This document shows positions 1 through 12,150 of a stretch of 64,000 nt of DNA, in pieces. Positions within the stretch are counted from its first letter, which is position 1; the number at the start of each line of letters is the position of its first letter. The notes below the pieces were generated by a model. It was given only the letters and a program-made list of their open reading frames with translations. It ran no database searches and was not told where the DNA came from. Source of the DNA: Oopsacas minuta (taxonomy: Eukaryota; Animalia; Porifera); contig JAKMXF010000305.1 of NCBI GenBank assembly GCA_024704765.1, positions 286,682 to 350,681 on the forward strand. Reading direction: 5' to 3'. Both the position numbers and the translations under genes were made by a program.

Positions 1-3000
1 GACTAGACTCGCACCTCTGAACTCAAATATGATCTAATGATAAAATCAACAGCATCACTATTAAAAATCTCAAGTTAATTGAGAATTGGGCTATAACGAG
101 ACAAAAGGGCAGGTAGGGGATGTGTATCGATTAAAAGAGTGAATTGGTGATGGAAATATGAAATATTCTTCCTTTTTAGATAACATGTTTATATGTGTTG
201 GTAGTACATTTATAGTACATGACTGCACAAATATTGTACTAAGGCACCTCAATAGAATCATACAGTCTCCCCTTACCAAATCCAATTCATTAATGGTTTT
301 AAAGGAAATAAACCCAGTCATGAATCAGTAATGACGAAAATCCCTTGATAAATACATTCTTCAAAGTATTTCCTTGGATTTAGACACATAAAATCGAGAA
401 AAAGTAAATAGAAGCTAAGTTAGAATAAAATAGGCCAATACTATTTTACGGTGGTGTGAGAGTGTCAGGTCCGTATACGTAGGTGTCTCTGTTTTGAAGT
501 ATTTTATCACTTTACTATTGGTTATTAGTAGGTAATATAGTATTGTTTTGTGATACATATAATGTAGGTAATCTCAACGTTGATTAATTGTCGCACACTC
601 TTTTGATCCAAAGAGATTCAATAAACTTTTAATAAGATTCGACTTTAGTGCACCATGGTCTCAAGATTCCCTGAAATAAGTATACAACCCAATACGTATA
701 TGCATCACTGCTCAGAAATTTGACAGCAGTGACTATGAGTTGTAACTTTACGAAACGCAAAATATTTGAAAATGTGCAGTGGAACTAACTTTTAGTAATT
801 CGTCAAATAGCAAAATCCGCCCTTCATGGCCAGAGAGTGCGAGCATTAGAAAGGAAATTCTTGTGAAATACGTTTTGCCAATAGGTGGTTCAAATAAACA
901 ATTTTTACATGATTCCTGAGATTTATACGTTAGTAGAAATATTTTGCAAAGTTATCCCAATAAATGAGATAACTTATATATAGCTCAACTATACTATAGT
1001 ACAGTTTATTAATGAATATTTGATGAAGTTATAAAATACCAAATATCTAAATTCACAAAATTGTCATGCTATATATAGGTATAATTTCCTGTTACTTTCA
1101 AAAAACATATTCATGATGAAAGGAACTTCAAGCACAAATATCTTGCATCAATTAATCAGAAACTATCAAATAAACTCAGGATATTACACAATGCCATTTG
1201 CTAATAATGATTTTTAGACAAACATAACAGGTGTGAGGTCACTTCACAAATTACATTTCAATCGAATGAGATAGAAGAAACACAACTTTTGACAAATTGG
1301 GATGAGTTATTCTAATATTCTGATTACAACTATGCAGACATCGAATGTTTGCTCATTCAACACTATCGCCAGCTGGACAGTCCACAGAAGAATCGGATAC
1401 TGATCCAAACAACACGCCAATAGAGAATGCTGATAGTATGAAAACATTTCAACTTAAGAATACAGTCCGCACTGCTGATGATATTTTGAGAATTAGAAAG
1501 ATTTGTTTACCAGAGCACATGGCCCAACCCTGACTCATGGGCTTACAATCTTCATGTCGGTGGAGGGCGGTTAAGCTTAATTTGGGGAAGACAGATATAT
1601 GCTACTAGTAAGAAGTGGTTCCAAAAAGTGTTATTTTGTAACAGAAGTGGAAAGGCTGTGTTAACAAGGAAAAAGAGGAGAAAATCCAGGGAAAATTTGG
1701 TTGTACATTTAAAATAAGAAACTAAAGTTGTGTTGAGGGATGGATCATTGCTGGTGGCCACTTGGAACATACAGGTCATGATTTGGTGGTTTTCGCGGGG
1801 CCAGTTTGGCGCCGGCACCTCTAAGGTTTTTCCCAAAGAACTAATAGAACTCGGAGAAAAGTTCAATCTTACTGGATTTTCTACATCCAAAATAAACCAA
1901 ACTTTAGAAAGTGAATATTACAGACGTGCACTACAAATATCATGGAAATATAGTGACATATAAAACGAATTTTCCCCTAGTGTAGAAGAATGAATTCAGG
2001 ATGCAACGAATTTTATAGAATTTTACATTCACACCAAACTAAATATAATTGTATTATAATTTGAATACAGATTCAGATGGTCCTCCTAATAAAGTCCTTT
2101 GGGTTCTGAGGAAAATCATCGAAAGATTGTCTAGAAATTTAGGGAACAATCCAGTTTTGTATGATACATCTAATGAGACGAACAAATATGGACATTTTTG
2201 GAACTTTTACATTAATCAAAGCCTATGGACAAATGATAATCCTTGCTTGTTTTATTCAATCAAACGAAACCGCAGATTCTTTGATTTGGAGTTTTGGAGA
2301 ATTTGTTGTTGCGTTTCACAAACCTCCAAATCTCATATTCAAAGATGGTGACCCAAGGTATGGCAGCTGCAATAAGAGATGTTCCAAATACCACTACACA
2401 TCTATTGTGTACTTTTACCTCTCTTAAAATATCCTTACACATATAAAACCAATTCAAAATAAGAGAAACGACCTGAAACAAATGAACAATTTTCTTAAAT
2501 CTTGGTGGTCGATTTGTAAAAGCAGCAGGATGCACATTTATGTACGGATTTTAGATAAGAGTGGAATCGATTAATTGACATAATAGATTCAAACAAAGAT
2601 TCATTGACTGAAAACCCTACAAAGACACGAAAGGGTCGCTCAATTTTTATATGACAGACGTAAACAGTGGGCTGCTAGATGGACTTGGGCTTAGTTAACT
2701 TTAGGAACACATTCCACCCAGGAGCAGAAGCAGTTCACTCGGCTATCAAGCATTTTCTAACCAGACATACACTATTGACTGAACTTGCGAAAAATGGAGG
2801 ATTATCAACGGACTGTTTCTGAAAGAGGCGAAGGAAAGGCAACACGAACTCTACTTAGAAATGATGCTTGAGGTTATTGAGAATTCTTGTACTAGCATCA
2901 CTGTAACATATTTAAGAGAACATTTGAGCTCATTCGCTTATGACTTAACCAAAGCACAGATGATAAGATCTATGAATTACTCAATCGAGATATCTTTCTC

Positions 3001-3315
3001 AGGTGGAGAACTCATCGGAGAATGAAGAAACTAATATTCTGAAGAAATAGTAGCATCGGATAATGGTTCCAAATTGAATTACCAGATTTTTAGTCACCAA
3101 GAAGTCATTCACAACGAGGAGTTAAAGGCAGCTGATGTAGGAATTATCTCAGAAACAATAAGTAATAATGATGTTTTATTGAGAGATAAAACAACAATAA
3201 ATTATTTTTGTCTCTTTCCAACATGCTGGGGAATCCCCTGCCGTCACATGTTGCGCATTTACTTATCTAAACATTAATTCAGTAGAATCAGCGGAATATT
3301 GCCAGGAATCTTCTA

Positions 3316-3390
3316 CAGGCAAACTTGTCAATACCGACCACCAAAGGGACCGGCCAAAAGTGGCCGTTATAGGCAGGTTTAGCCCAGTAA
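3316..3390. repeat. pogo-derived MITE family fragment
   Basis: TA|CAGGCAAACTTGTC start and internal GGCCAAAAGTGGCC, shared with copies near 47770-47935, 55610-55682 and 56770-56901. Confidence 0.45.
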
Positions 3391-4550
3391 GGAACTCTAA
3401 ATCCTGAATTTTGTCTGCTCTGAGCAAGTGCCTATTTCTGCTTTGTAGATTACTTCACCTTTGGATTATATATCGTATTATTACACCCTTCACGTTACTA
3501 GCTAAAGTTGTTCTAGCTCACTTTACTAATCGCATCTTAACCAGCCTACACTAAGGAACAATTGGTTCTCGAATATGCTTAAAGATGAACATTTAATTTA
3601 GGTGTCTTTCGTTCGAGCCTAACTGACCATATGAAACACTATAAGTCAGCTGTTATAATAAAATAAGAGGAACATGCTAGCTATTAAAAGTAAATACCTT
3701 AATATAAATTGGTCATTGCATAATATATGCTGAGGTGTGAATAGAGATCCCAGAGCGAGGAGGCAAGGATGAATATTTGCACATAGGTGATTACAATAGG
3801 GAGATGAGGCAACGCGCAAAAAGGGAAGAGGCAGTGCCTCCTCAGGCTCAATGCTAGTTAGACCCTAGATATGGATAATGATATTTGAAGAAATTATGTG
3901 TCAAGTACGAAACTTCATTTACATATAGAATTGATCAAATATTCTTTACTTTTAGTGACAAATTATTAATTCACAAATTTGTAAAGAATTTTTCATATAA
4001 ATCAAAGACCAAATATACTATCCATAATTTCCTGATATTTTATTAACAAATTATATCACATCAATGAAATCAACGATTATCTGTAGTTGAGTAAGAAATA
4101 AATACCGATACCAATATTTGGATGCGAAGTTAGAAACAGGTTTAGTCGCGAAAGTGAACTAAAAGATATACCTCACGAGATTGAGCTGAAATTTAACTCT
4201 AGATGTGTCACCAACAATGCTTTACGTCATTTAACTAATGCCGTATTCACTAAGGAGTTAAGCACTATGCCAGAACTTAAGTACAAATATCAAACTTATT
4301 TCCTATTACCTAAGAGTTAAGTTCGAACTAAGTTTGAACTTAAGGACAAACGTTTAACATAATGATGAACAATGCATATATTATTCAAGCGAATTACTTG
4401 AAAATAGGCGAGTATCGTTAATAGGTATCACTCTAATACAATCAACTTAAATTAGTTATTCATAAATTTGCACCAAAACATTTTTAATGTAGCGAAAATA
4501 ATCTAGTGTACAACCCAGTATCGAAATAAAAAATAAACAACATATATATA

Positions 4551-4700
4551 GCTCAGCTATACTATAGTACTGTTTTTTGCATTATCTTTACTTTCTTGGA
4601 GGAAAAGTCAGTTTTTCGGATTAATGAAATGTACATATTCGAATGAGAGTATGGGGTTGGGTTGTGGTATTAAAACAACTGTACTAAACAATAGTTCAGC
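4551..4700. mobile_element. 150-bp MITE-like unit formed by a second left-end copy of the MULE terminus
   Basis: GCTCAGCTATACTATAGTACTGTTT at 4551 repeats the 983 terminus with 2 mismatches and faces the inverted end at 4700; (TA)n on both sides. Confidence 0.55.
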
Positions 4701-6201
4701 TATATATATATTTGCAATTAATTCAGACTATTTAATGATAAACATTGATTGATTTTATATAACTGCATTGAGCTCTTCAACCATCCTGTAGTTGAGCTGA
4801 AATGGCATATAAGACGAATACAAGCTATTAGCATCGTAGGATGTGGAATTCCATTGAGGACCGCATTTCAAAAATTATTTGAACTCCCAAAAATTTGTCT
4901 ACTGGATACTCAGTATTACTTCGTATTTGGCCCAGTAAAACTAAATCTCCTACTATGGTTGAAGCAAGGAATCGGACTGCATTAGGATATGAATTAGATA
5001 TTATACTAGATCAGCCTATTTGAAGATGTTAGTAGACACCGTGCAAGTTAAAAATATCAACGGTTAAAAAATCAAAAGCGCGCTTCGCTTGTTAGATCGC
5101 TGCACGACAACTGAGAACCTCAGTTTAGCTTAAATACCAAACAGATGTTTCTAAGTGTATTTGGTCGCTACGCGACAGGTAAACTCGGCACCTCGTACCT
5201 CGAGTGTATAAATAGGAGTTTTTGCTACCCATGGGCCACCCAAATAACATTTGATAGCCTTCTAAGGTGACAAAGGAGCTACTACGTGGGTTTTGGTTAG
5301 TAGTTCGGAAGTGGCTGTAGTATAATGAGATTCTCAAGTTTTCGAATTTGGAGATATTCGATAATTTTTAAAATGTCATGGTGAAATATGCCCACGATGA
5401 GTTGAATTTGGTAAAAGAGATTACATCAGGACTTTTGGCATATTGAGGAGTACCTGTGATAAATTAAATAAGTAACACACAAACTGGCTGAGCAGTGCCA
5501 ATGTTATTTTCCTGAAATCAAAAAAGGTGTCAAGTAAGTTCTAATTTCGTCATATGTGTGAATTTTCCTCCAGAACTCGAACTTTCCAAAGGCAGGGCAA
5601 AATACACCTGTATACCAAAAATTGTAAAATAAAATTAGGGTCTTGTTAGTTGAAGATGTAGAGAGATAATTTGAGGCAAGATGTAGGATCAATATCGTGA
5701 ATACTAGTATGATAAACAAGGATCCCATTAACAATGTTTATTAACAAATTCCAAGTGAGACTATCACCTTAAATCAAGTTGCTAGGGTGGAAAACCCACC
5801 AAATTTGGCATATATCTCAAAATCAATTGTTGTTCGAAACAATATAAATTTATCATTTCTTGGGCTTTTAAGGGGCACGATTTGGAGGGGTTAAGAGATT
5901 GAAGTACAATAATAATAATTTGGCCATTTGTAACGTGAGTGGGTGAGTCCAAAACGATATTTTCAATGAAGTTGCCTATGGGTCAGTACCTCTCCCAAGT
6001 GGCCACCCACTGTAGTATTTAGCTTTATTCAAGGAAGTTGATAAGATAAATCATATGCATTAGAGGCTAGTACTTCATTTGAAAACAAGAAACTGGGTTT
6101 TGATGCCACCATGGGGTATTGAGACGTAGATAAAAAAATAGAAAATATAGTCATTAAAAGACCAAAGAAGTTAGAAGCTAAATATTATTGTTAAATGTTA
6201 C

Positions 6202-6446
6202 CTGTAACGAACTAGTTTATCCTCTCGGCCAACAGACATTAAATCACCAATCCTAATCGAAAGTTCAACTGGAGGTAAGACAGTAATGAGATCAGGAAAA
6301 CAGTGAGGGATATTTTGAATGGCCATTGCTTGAACAACAGGGAGTGAAATATTATCTTTACTATCAATCTTCATCAAATCAACAAAAAGGTCTAAAAGAC
6401 CAAGTATTTGCGATTCAAATTGATCCGTAGCTGAAAGACCCACAGC
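6202..6446 (-). CDS. DOCK: DOCK exon, helical region (last found in window)
   Basis: Encodes AVGLSATDQFESQILGLLDLFVDLM...AMAIQNIPHCFPDLITVLPPVELS...KLVRY(R), colinear with DOCK1 EADFVESLLQLF...AALKYLPTIVNDVKLVFDPKELS. Acceptor attttag|GCT, donor AG|gtaaca; 245 nt. No further exon was recognised in 1-6201. Confidence 0.88.
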
Positions 6447-6833
6447 CTAAAATATATAAAAGAAAATAACATATGTTGTCAGACAGGAATATGAAAAGGA
6501 ATTTGATAAAAATGTGATATTTACATATGATATAAACAAAACTTAGGTTTACAAAGATGTATAAATATGCATGCATCATTTAAGTAATACATATAAGGCC
6601 AGGTATCAACCTATTGTGTGGACCTGGGATAACTAGAACGAGCAAAGTGAAAAGTGATGCAAATCAGCAAATGAGCAGTGCAAGAAAAGTGGAACTAAAC
6701 AGATCTATGTAGTAACAAATTTGCTATGATATTTTAATAATATTCATCAGTCATATAAACATAGAATATACTTTAGCCCATCTGTACAGATAGATAATAA
6801 GATGCATCATATCAAAGAATTGGGCGAACAATA

Positions 6834-7745
6834 CCAGAGCGTTCAATAAGTCTTGCGGGTCATGATATATCTTAGGAATTAGTCAAGTAATATATCTAAC
6901 TTTCATATATTATAAGCCCATATAGTTAAACTCCATTAACTGAAAGTTTCAAGCTTATTCAATACAAATTATGAATCTTTGAGATAGTTACGTATAGTCA
7001 ATTTATGCCCACTGTTGAATTTATGGCTTCAAAGGATGATAATTTCAACTTCAAATGGCGAACTTACATAGAGTTTCCCACAATACTCAAGATCCAGCTC
7101 GTACAGATCTTAAGCGAGTTACAGGATATAAGGTGCGTGGATTGCCCTTCCAGATCTACAGAAGAGCGATGGGCTGCCCGTTTTAGATCTGGTGATGCTG
7201 ATGTCACAGATTTTCCTCGATCTGGAAGACCGGTATCCGCCACCACTTCAGAGAATATCGCACTCATTCAAAGTATGGACATGGAAGACAAGTGCATTAC
7301 TGTAAATCAGTTAGAACAAAGTATGGAGATTTCATCGGGAGCTATTCATACAATTCTGACAACTGAGCTTGGTTACCGATCAATTTGTGAGAAATGGGTC
7401 CCGGATAAGTCAGTGAGAATCAAAGGTTGGCACGACTGAATATTGCCAAGAAACTCTTAGAAACTTATGAGAACTGCGATTCTAGACGCCTAACAGAGAT
7501 TATTACTGGTGACGAGACGTGGGTGTACTATTCAACACCATATAGCAAGTATAAGAAGCGATCATGAGTGAGGGGCGACCAACACCCGGCGAAAATTCCT
7601 AGGCCCAACTGCAAAAACCTAAGATTATTTATACCATCTTCTTCAGTAGTCATGGAATTGTCTTGCAATTACTTTGTGAGAGTGACGAGCCTGTTACTGC
7701 TACTTTCTTTACAGAGCAAGTGCTTTCAAACTTGATAAAAATTGA
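6834..7745 (+). mobile_element. 5' half of a mariner element, truncated
   Basis: TA|CCAGAGCGTTCAATAAGTCTTGCG left end; HTH region RWAARFRSG...PRSGRP, CEKWVP and IITGDETWVYY (first catalytic D). The second and third D and the right TIR are absent. Confidence 0.88.
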
Positions 7746-8772
7746 TGAAAAGGCAGGCTAAATTGGGAAATATTTGTGAGAAACCAATACTTGGTGGTTG
7801 GGAAGAAGCCTTTGAGAAGAAGTACAGCGGTGGCATGTTATTTGAAGTTAAACTCTGGAATAAGGAACCACGGATTGGTAGTAGACATAGTTTCATCAAA
7901 GAAAGAAAGGATTTCACTACTATTTGTCATATTTTGGTTACAGCTTTGCAGGCTTTTTGAATTCGAGACTAGAACTCGATGAAAATTTTATTCGGAATAT
8001 ATCAGATTTTGTAAATTTCACTTCAAATGAAGATACCGTTAGGGATGTTCATCGTTGCATTGCACCTGATGTAAACCTTTCCTCAGTAGCTGATCAATAT
8101 GATGATATCGTTAAATTGGAGTGTCCAGAAAGAACCCCAAAGAAGGTTTTACGTCATCTTTGTTCAATCAAAACTGGGGATTTTATGAAATTTCTATACT
8201 ATTAAGTCGAATTTTGGTAAGTAAACCTCATTCGGTGGATTGTCAGAGGTTAATTTCTGCTTATAATAAGCTTAAAACTCAAGAAAGATCTTCTCCATCT
8301 CGAAGTACGATCAGTGATTATTTATACGTTCATATCAATATGCCTGAATTGAGCAATTTTAACCCAAGACCAGCAGTGTATAAATGGATTAATGAAGTGG
8401 AACATAGAAAAAGAGATTCATTGAAAGCAGGAGATAAAAAATTGTACAAAAATGTATTCGAGCATAGTCTAACTGACACAACTTTAGATACTATCACTTC
8501 AGATAGGACCATTAAGAGATCATTTTAGATTTCTTAAACTTGTAGCTAGACATGTTACTATTTTATAGAATAATACATCAATAACACGATTCCTATACTA
8601 CATGGTGAAATAAAAGAGGTGGATAGTATAATTATGGGACCTAATCGCTCGGGGACCTAATTTACACGTACTATTTTGGAGATGTGAAGTTATAAAAAAT
8701 CGTTAAAATAACCCTTGGTCCCAACTAATTTCACCCCCCCCCCACTAATAATTCGTCAAGTGTCCGCCACTG
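7746..8772 (+). mobile_element. 3' fragment of a hAT element
   Basis: Frameshifted C-terminal dimerisation-like region ILVSKPHSVDCQRLISAYNKLKT..RSS.SRSTISDYLYVHINMPELSNFNPRPAVYKW; right terminus GTCCGCCACTG (reverse complement CAGTGGCGGAC) ends at 8772. Confidence 0.75.
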
Positions 8773-9895
8773 ACTGGAAACAATTTTATCCATTTGGTAA
8801 CATGAGGGTTGATGTCTTATTGAGGAGTTTTAAAGAATAAAATACTAACTAGAATATAGAAATATATATATTATAAGTAGATGGCCAGTAGGTAGCCTTA
8901 CTTGGCAATGGGTGTAATTATTTCAAAGCTGCATCTATGAAATGTGGCCAACGAGGGCTTCCAACACATATTCTCACAATAAAATTAGTTATTACAACCA
9001 TACCTATGTAATAAAAAAATGTGATAGATATCACATTTGAGGGAAACCTTTGTATTTCGGAAGATGCTTTCCCTGATCCCAGGAGATAGAACCCTGGTCG
9101 TGTACATTTACCCATAGGTAATATTCGAAAGAATTGTATTAGTTTCTTGGGAAAAGTTGTATTAGTTGGGTTGTTATAGTTTTCTTGGCAGGAATATTAC
9201 ATGGAAAATAAGTGCCAAAAAAGTACAGAGACCTAACCATGTTCAGCCATAATCGGTTAATTGGGATAATGCGAGAACAATTGAACCAGTCACCAACTCT
9301 GAGATTAGAAAATTATTTGCTATTCTTAGTTCAGGGAAATTGTAATTGTTTACTATTCGGCCTACCAGTAATTCAGGAAGAAAACAATTTATTCAAAACA
9401 AATCTGCAAAACTAGCTGTTCTGGCTAAAACAATATCTCATAACTCCAATGATCATGATTGGCTCTCTATAAAAAAGCTTATCTAGTTCAAATTACATGA
9501 TTAAAGCTTTTTGTGAACCTGCATGGATTCAACAGCGCCTAAATAGACTCACCGATGGGATTCGAAATCTAAGGTCTCTATTAAGAACTGATTGACAGTA
9601 ACATCTACTAATACGCATACTATGGTGCTGGATCTTTCTGAAATGCTGCGTCAATTCAAAGTACGTAATAAACTACTTTAGCAAATCAAGTTAGAGAAGT
9701 AAATTTATATATCTATACACAATCTGATTGGGTTCTTATTTTGCAATTTAGTATCAGTTGAACTTAGCATTATAGTAAAAGTCTGAACTTTACTGCTTCT
9801 ACGTCTGTATAATTCTTATGCTACCCTAGTAAATCGCATAGGAGATCTTTGTATTTGATTTCGGTTCCAAAAGAAATTTAGTACTAGTTGATGTA

Positions 9896-11206
9896 CAGGA
9901 TGGCCAATAAATACTGTTAGCACTTTATACATCACTATAGCCGAACAGATCAAATCCTACCATTAGATTTATACTTCTATAACGAACGTTACTATACAAC
10001 TAGTGAGTTACAATCGAACTTGGTTATTATTGTATAGTATTTTCAATCACTTGCACGAAATACGATGTTATCTAGGAGATCAGCGGTTATAGAACTCCAC
10101 AAGAACGGACATTCAAATTCTGAAACTGTCAAATCGTTGAAGACGAATAAGATGTTTGTATCTAGAACTATATTTCGGTTCCTTGAAACTGGAAGCATCC
10201 AAGATCGCTCAAGAAAGGGTCGCAAACGCACAGTTAGGACTTCAACCTTGAGAAAGAACGTGAAACGCCGAATATCACGAAATCCTGGGAGAAGCATGAG
10301 AAAACTAGCGAAAGAAATAAATGTTGCGCGTGAGTCAATGAGATTAATGGTGAGAAATGAGCTAGCGATGAGTTCTTATAAGTTTCAGAAGAAACAGTTG
10401 TTGTCAGTTAAAAATAAAAAGGAAAGACTAGATAGATGTCAATCACTGCTTGGGAGGTTCACTGGTGGGTTGCAAAATCAAATTTTGTTTTCTGATGAAA
10501 AGCTCTTTGTAGTTGAACAGCAAATAAATAACAAAATGACAGAATATTGGCTATAAATAAAGCGTCTTGACCTTCATCTTCATTTCGTGTCTCTCGGACA
10601 CAAAACCAACCTCTGTGATGGTTTGGGCGGAGGTGACCTCAAATGGACGGACGCCTCTAGTATTTATCCCCCAAGGTGTTAAGATCAACCAGTCTATTTA
10701 CCGCGAGTCTATTCTCGAATCAGTTTTAAAGCCCTGGGCCCAAAAACATTTCGGAAGTCGGTCATGGACCTTTCAACTGGACTCAGCACCAGCTCACAAA
10801 GCCAGGACTACCCAAAAATGGTGCAAGGAGAATTGCCCTGCATATATTTCTTCGGAAGAATGGCCGCCCTGCTCGCCAGATTTGAATCCTCTCGATTATT
10901 CTATATGGTCCATTTTGGAGTCCAAAGCATGCTCTAAACTTTACAAAAGTTTAGAGAATCTTCGAGCGGCTTTAACACGTGAATGCGATAGAATTCCGGA
11001 AGGACAGGTGCGAGCAAGCGTAGAGTCCTTTGTTGGACGTCTGAAGAGCTGTATAAAAGCCAAATGTGGTATATTCGAACAATAATAAAAACACATGATA
11101 ATTTGAGTATATGTAACTACATAGAGTGATTTAGAGCAAGTTAGGATCATAGTAGTGTTACTGATACAACTAAAAACGCGAGTAACAGTATTTATTGGTC
11201 ACCCTG
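9896..11206 (+). mobile_element. Full-length Tc1/mariner-superfamily element, maT (DD37D) family, frameshifted
   Basis: TA target duplication; TIRs CAGGATGGCCAATAAATACTGTTA / CAGGGTGACCAATAAATACTGTTA. ORFs 10065-10556 and 10567-11085 carry FSDEK, FQLDSAPAH and SPDLNPLDY, with 37 residues between the second and third D. Confidence 0.95.
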
Positions 11207-11299
11207 TATATATATATATACTCTATCGAAATACTACTGTGGCTGAACTATTTGCTTGGAAATAGTATACACCAAGTATTAATTCTCCGTATTCTTTGA

Positions 11300-12150
11300 G
11301 GTACAACTGAATCCATAGGTCATCCAAGGCAAAGTATCTTCGTCATGACAGCCCAGAGATCCTAAAATGGATTGAGAACTATTGGACGGCCAATCAATTT
11401 GTGATGGGAGAAATTGACATTTCCAGGCCGTTGCAGCCATTCATTTATGGATATAACTATTGTCTTCTTGTAACACCTATATTTCCGTACATACCACTAA
11501 CTTCTTGTATAAGTCACTAATATATGAAAATTGTACTTATTTGTTGAAGTTCCGCAAAATGGCAAGAATACATTCGACTTATTCCGAAATTCAACCCAAA
11601 ATATGGTAGTTCGCCGGGTTGCTTGACTATTGGCAAGTTAATATAGTGTCCTTTCTTGGACTATACAGATATCCTGCCAGAATTCTAGATCGAGCTTTAA
11701 TCTGTAATAACCACTTTAGTCCAATCCGATCCAAAGTTTTCTTGCATCACTCAATCCTCTTAGCAATATGGAGTTGTTACAAGGCAGGCACCTCAAACAT
11801 CAGACGATATAATAGTAATCTCCTCTATATTTCCACGTAGAGTGCTCTGCACGACTTGAGTACTCAGGTTAGAGCTACATTGATTCAGGGTAATCATAGG
11901 ATTATCCTGAACATGAGCAAATATCCTAATTCTATCCCAGTTTATGAGTTCTATATGCATCTTTATACCTTTTATATGTCCCAACCTATTTCGTTAGAAA
12001 GTGTCTTTAAACTCCTAGACAATCGCTCGGAAAAAGTAAGACGTGGCTATGCCAGCATCAGGAATTGCCTGATCTTGTACAAAGTAGCTTCTTAAACTTT
12101 TATAGTTAGTCTGTCTCATGATAAAGAAGTTCAAGCTAAAATTGGTGGGC
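11300..12150 (-). mobile_element. Highly degraded Tc1-like transposase relic
   Basis: Minus-strand motifs DWTKVVITD*SS (about 11698-11727), LQEDNSYIH (11447-11473) and IDWPSNS (11379-11399), with many stops and frameshifts; termini not found. Confidence 0.6.

Larger units (their letters stand above)
983..4700 (+). mobile_element. Degraded Mutator-like (MULE, FAR1-like) element with SWIM-type zinc finger
   Basis: Frameshifted pieces at about 1560-3280: VLYDTSNETNKYGHFGTFTLI...ETADSLIWSFGEF...IFKDGDP...HLLCTF and TCWGIPCRHML. Imperfect inverted ends GCTCAACTATACTATAGTACAGTT (983) and the reverse complement of GCTGAACTATTGTTTAGTACAGTT (ending 4700). The boundaries are less certain than the transposase call. 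Confidence 0.75.

Noticed and set aside
1-420. ORF 91-321 and nearby splice-like sites as the next DOCK exon
   Set aside because: All three frames upstream of the GTAAGG donor-like site contain stops, the phase does not fit the preceding exon, and similarity to DOCK is unconvincing.
4215-4345. TTAAGTTCGAAC-taa-GTTTGAACTTAA palindrome after GCCGTATTCACTAA
   Set aside because: Probably a Harbinger-like MITE remnant; no partner end or TSD was found, so it is not called.
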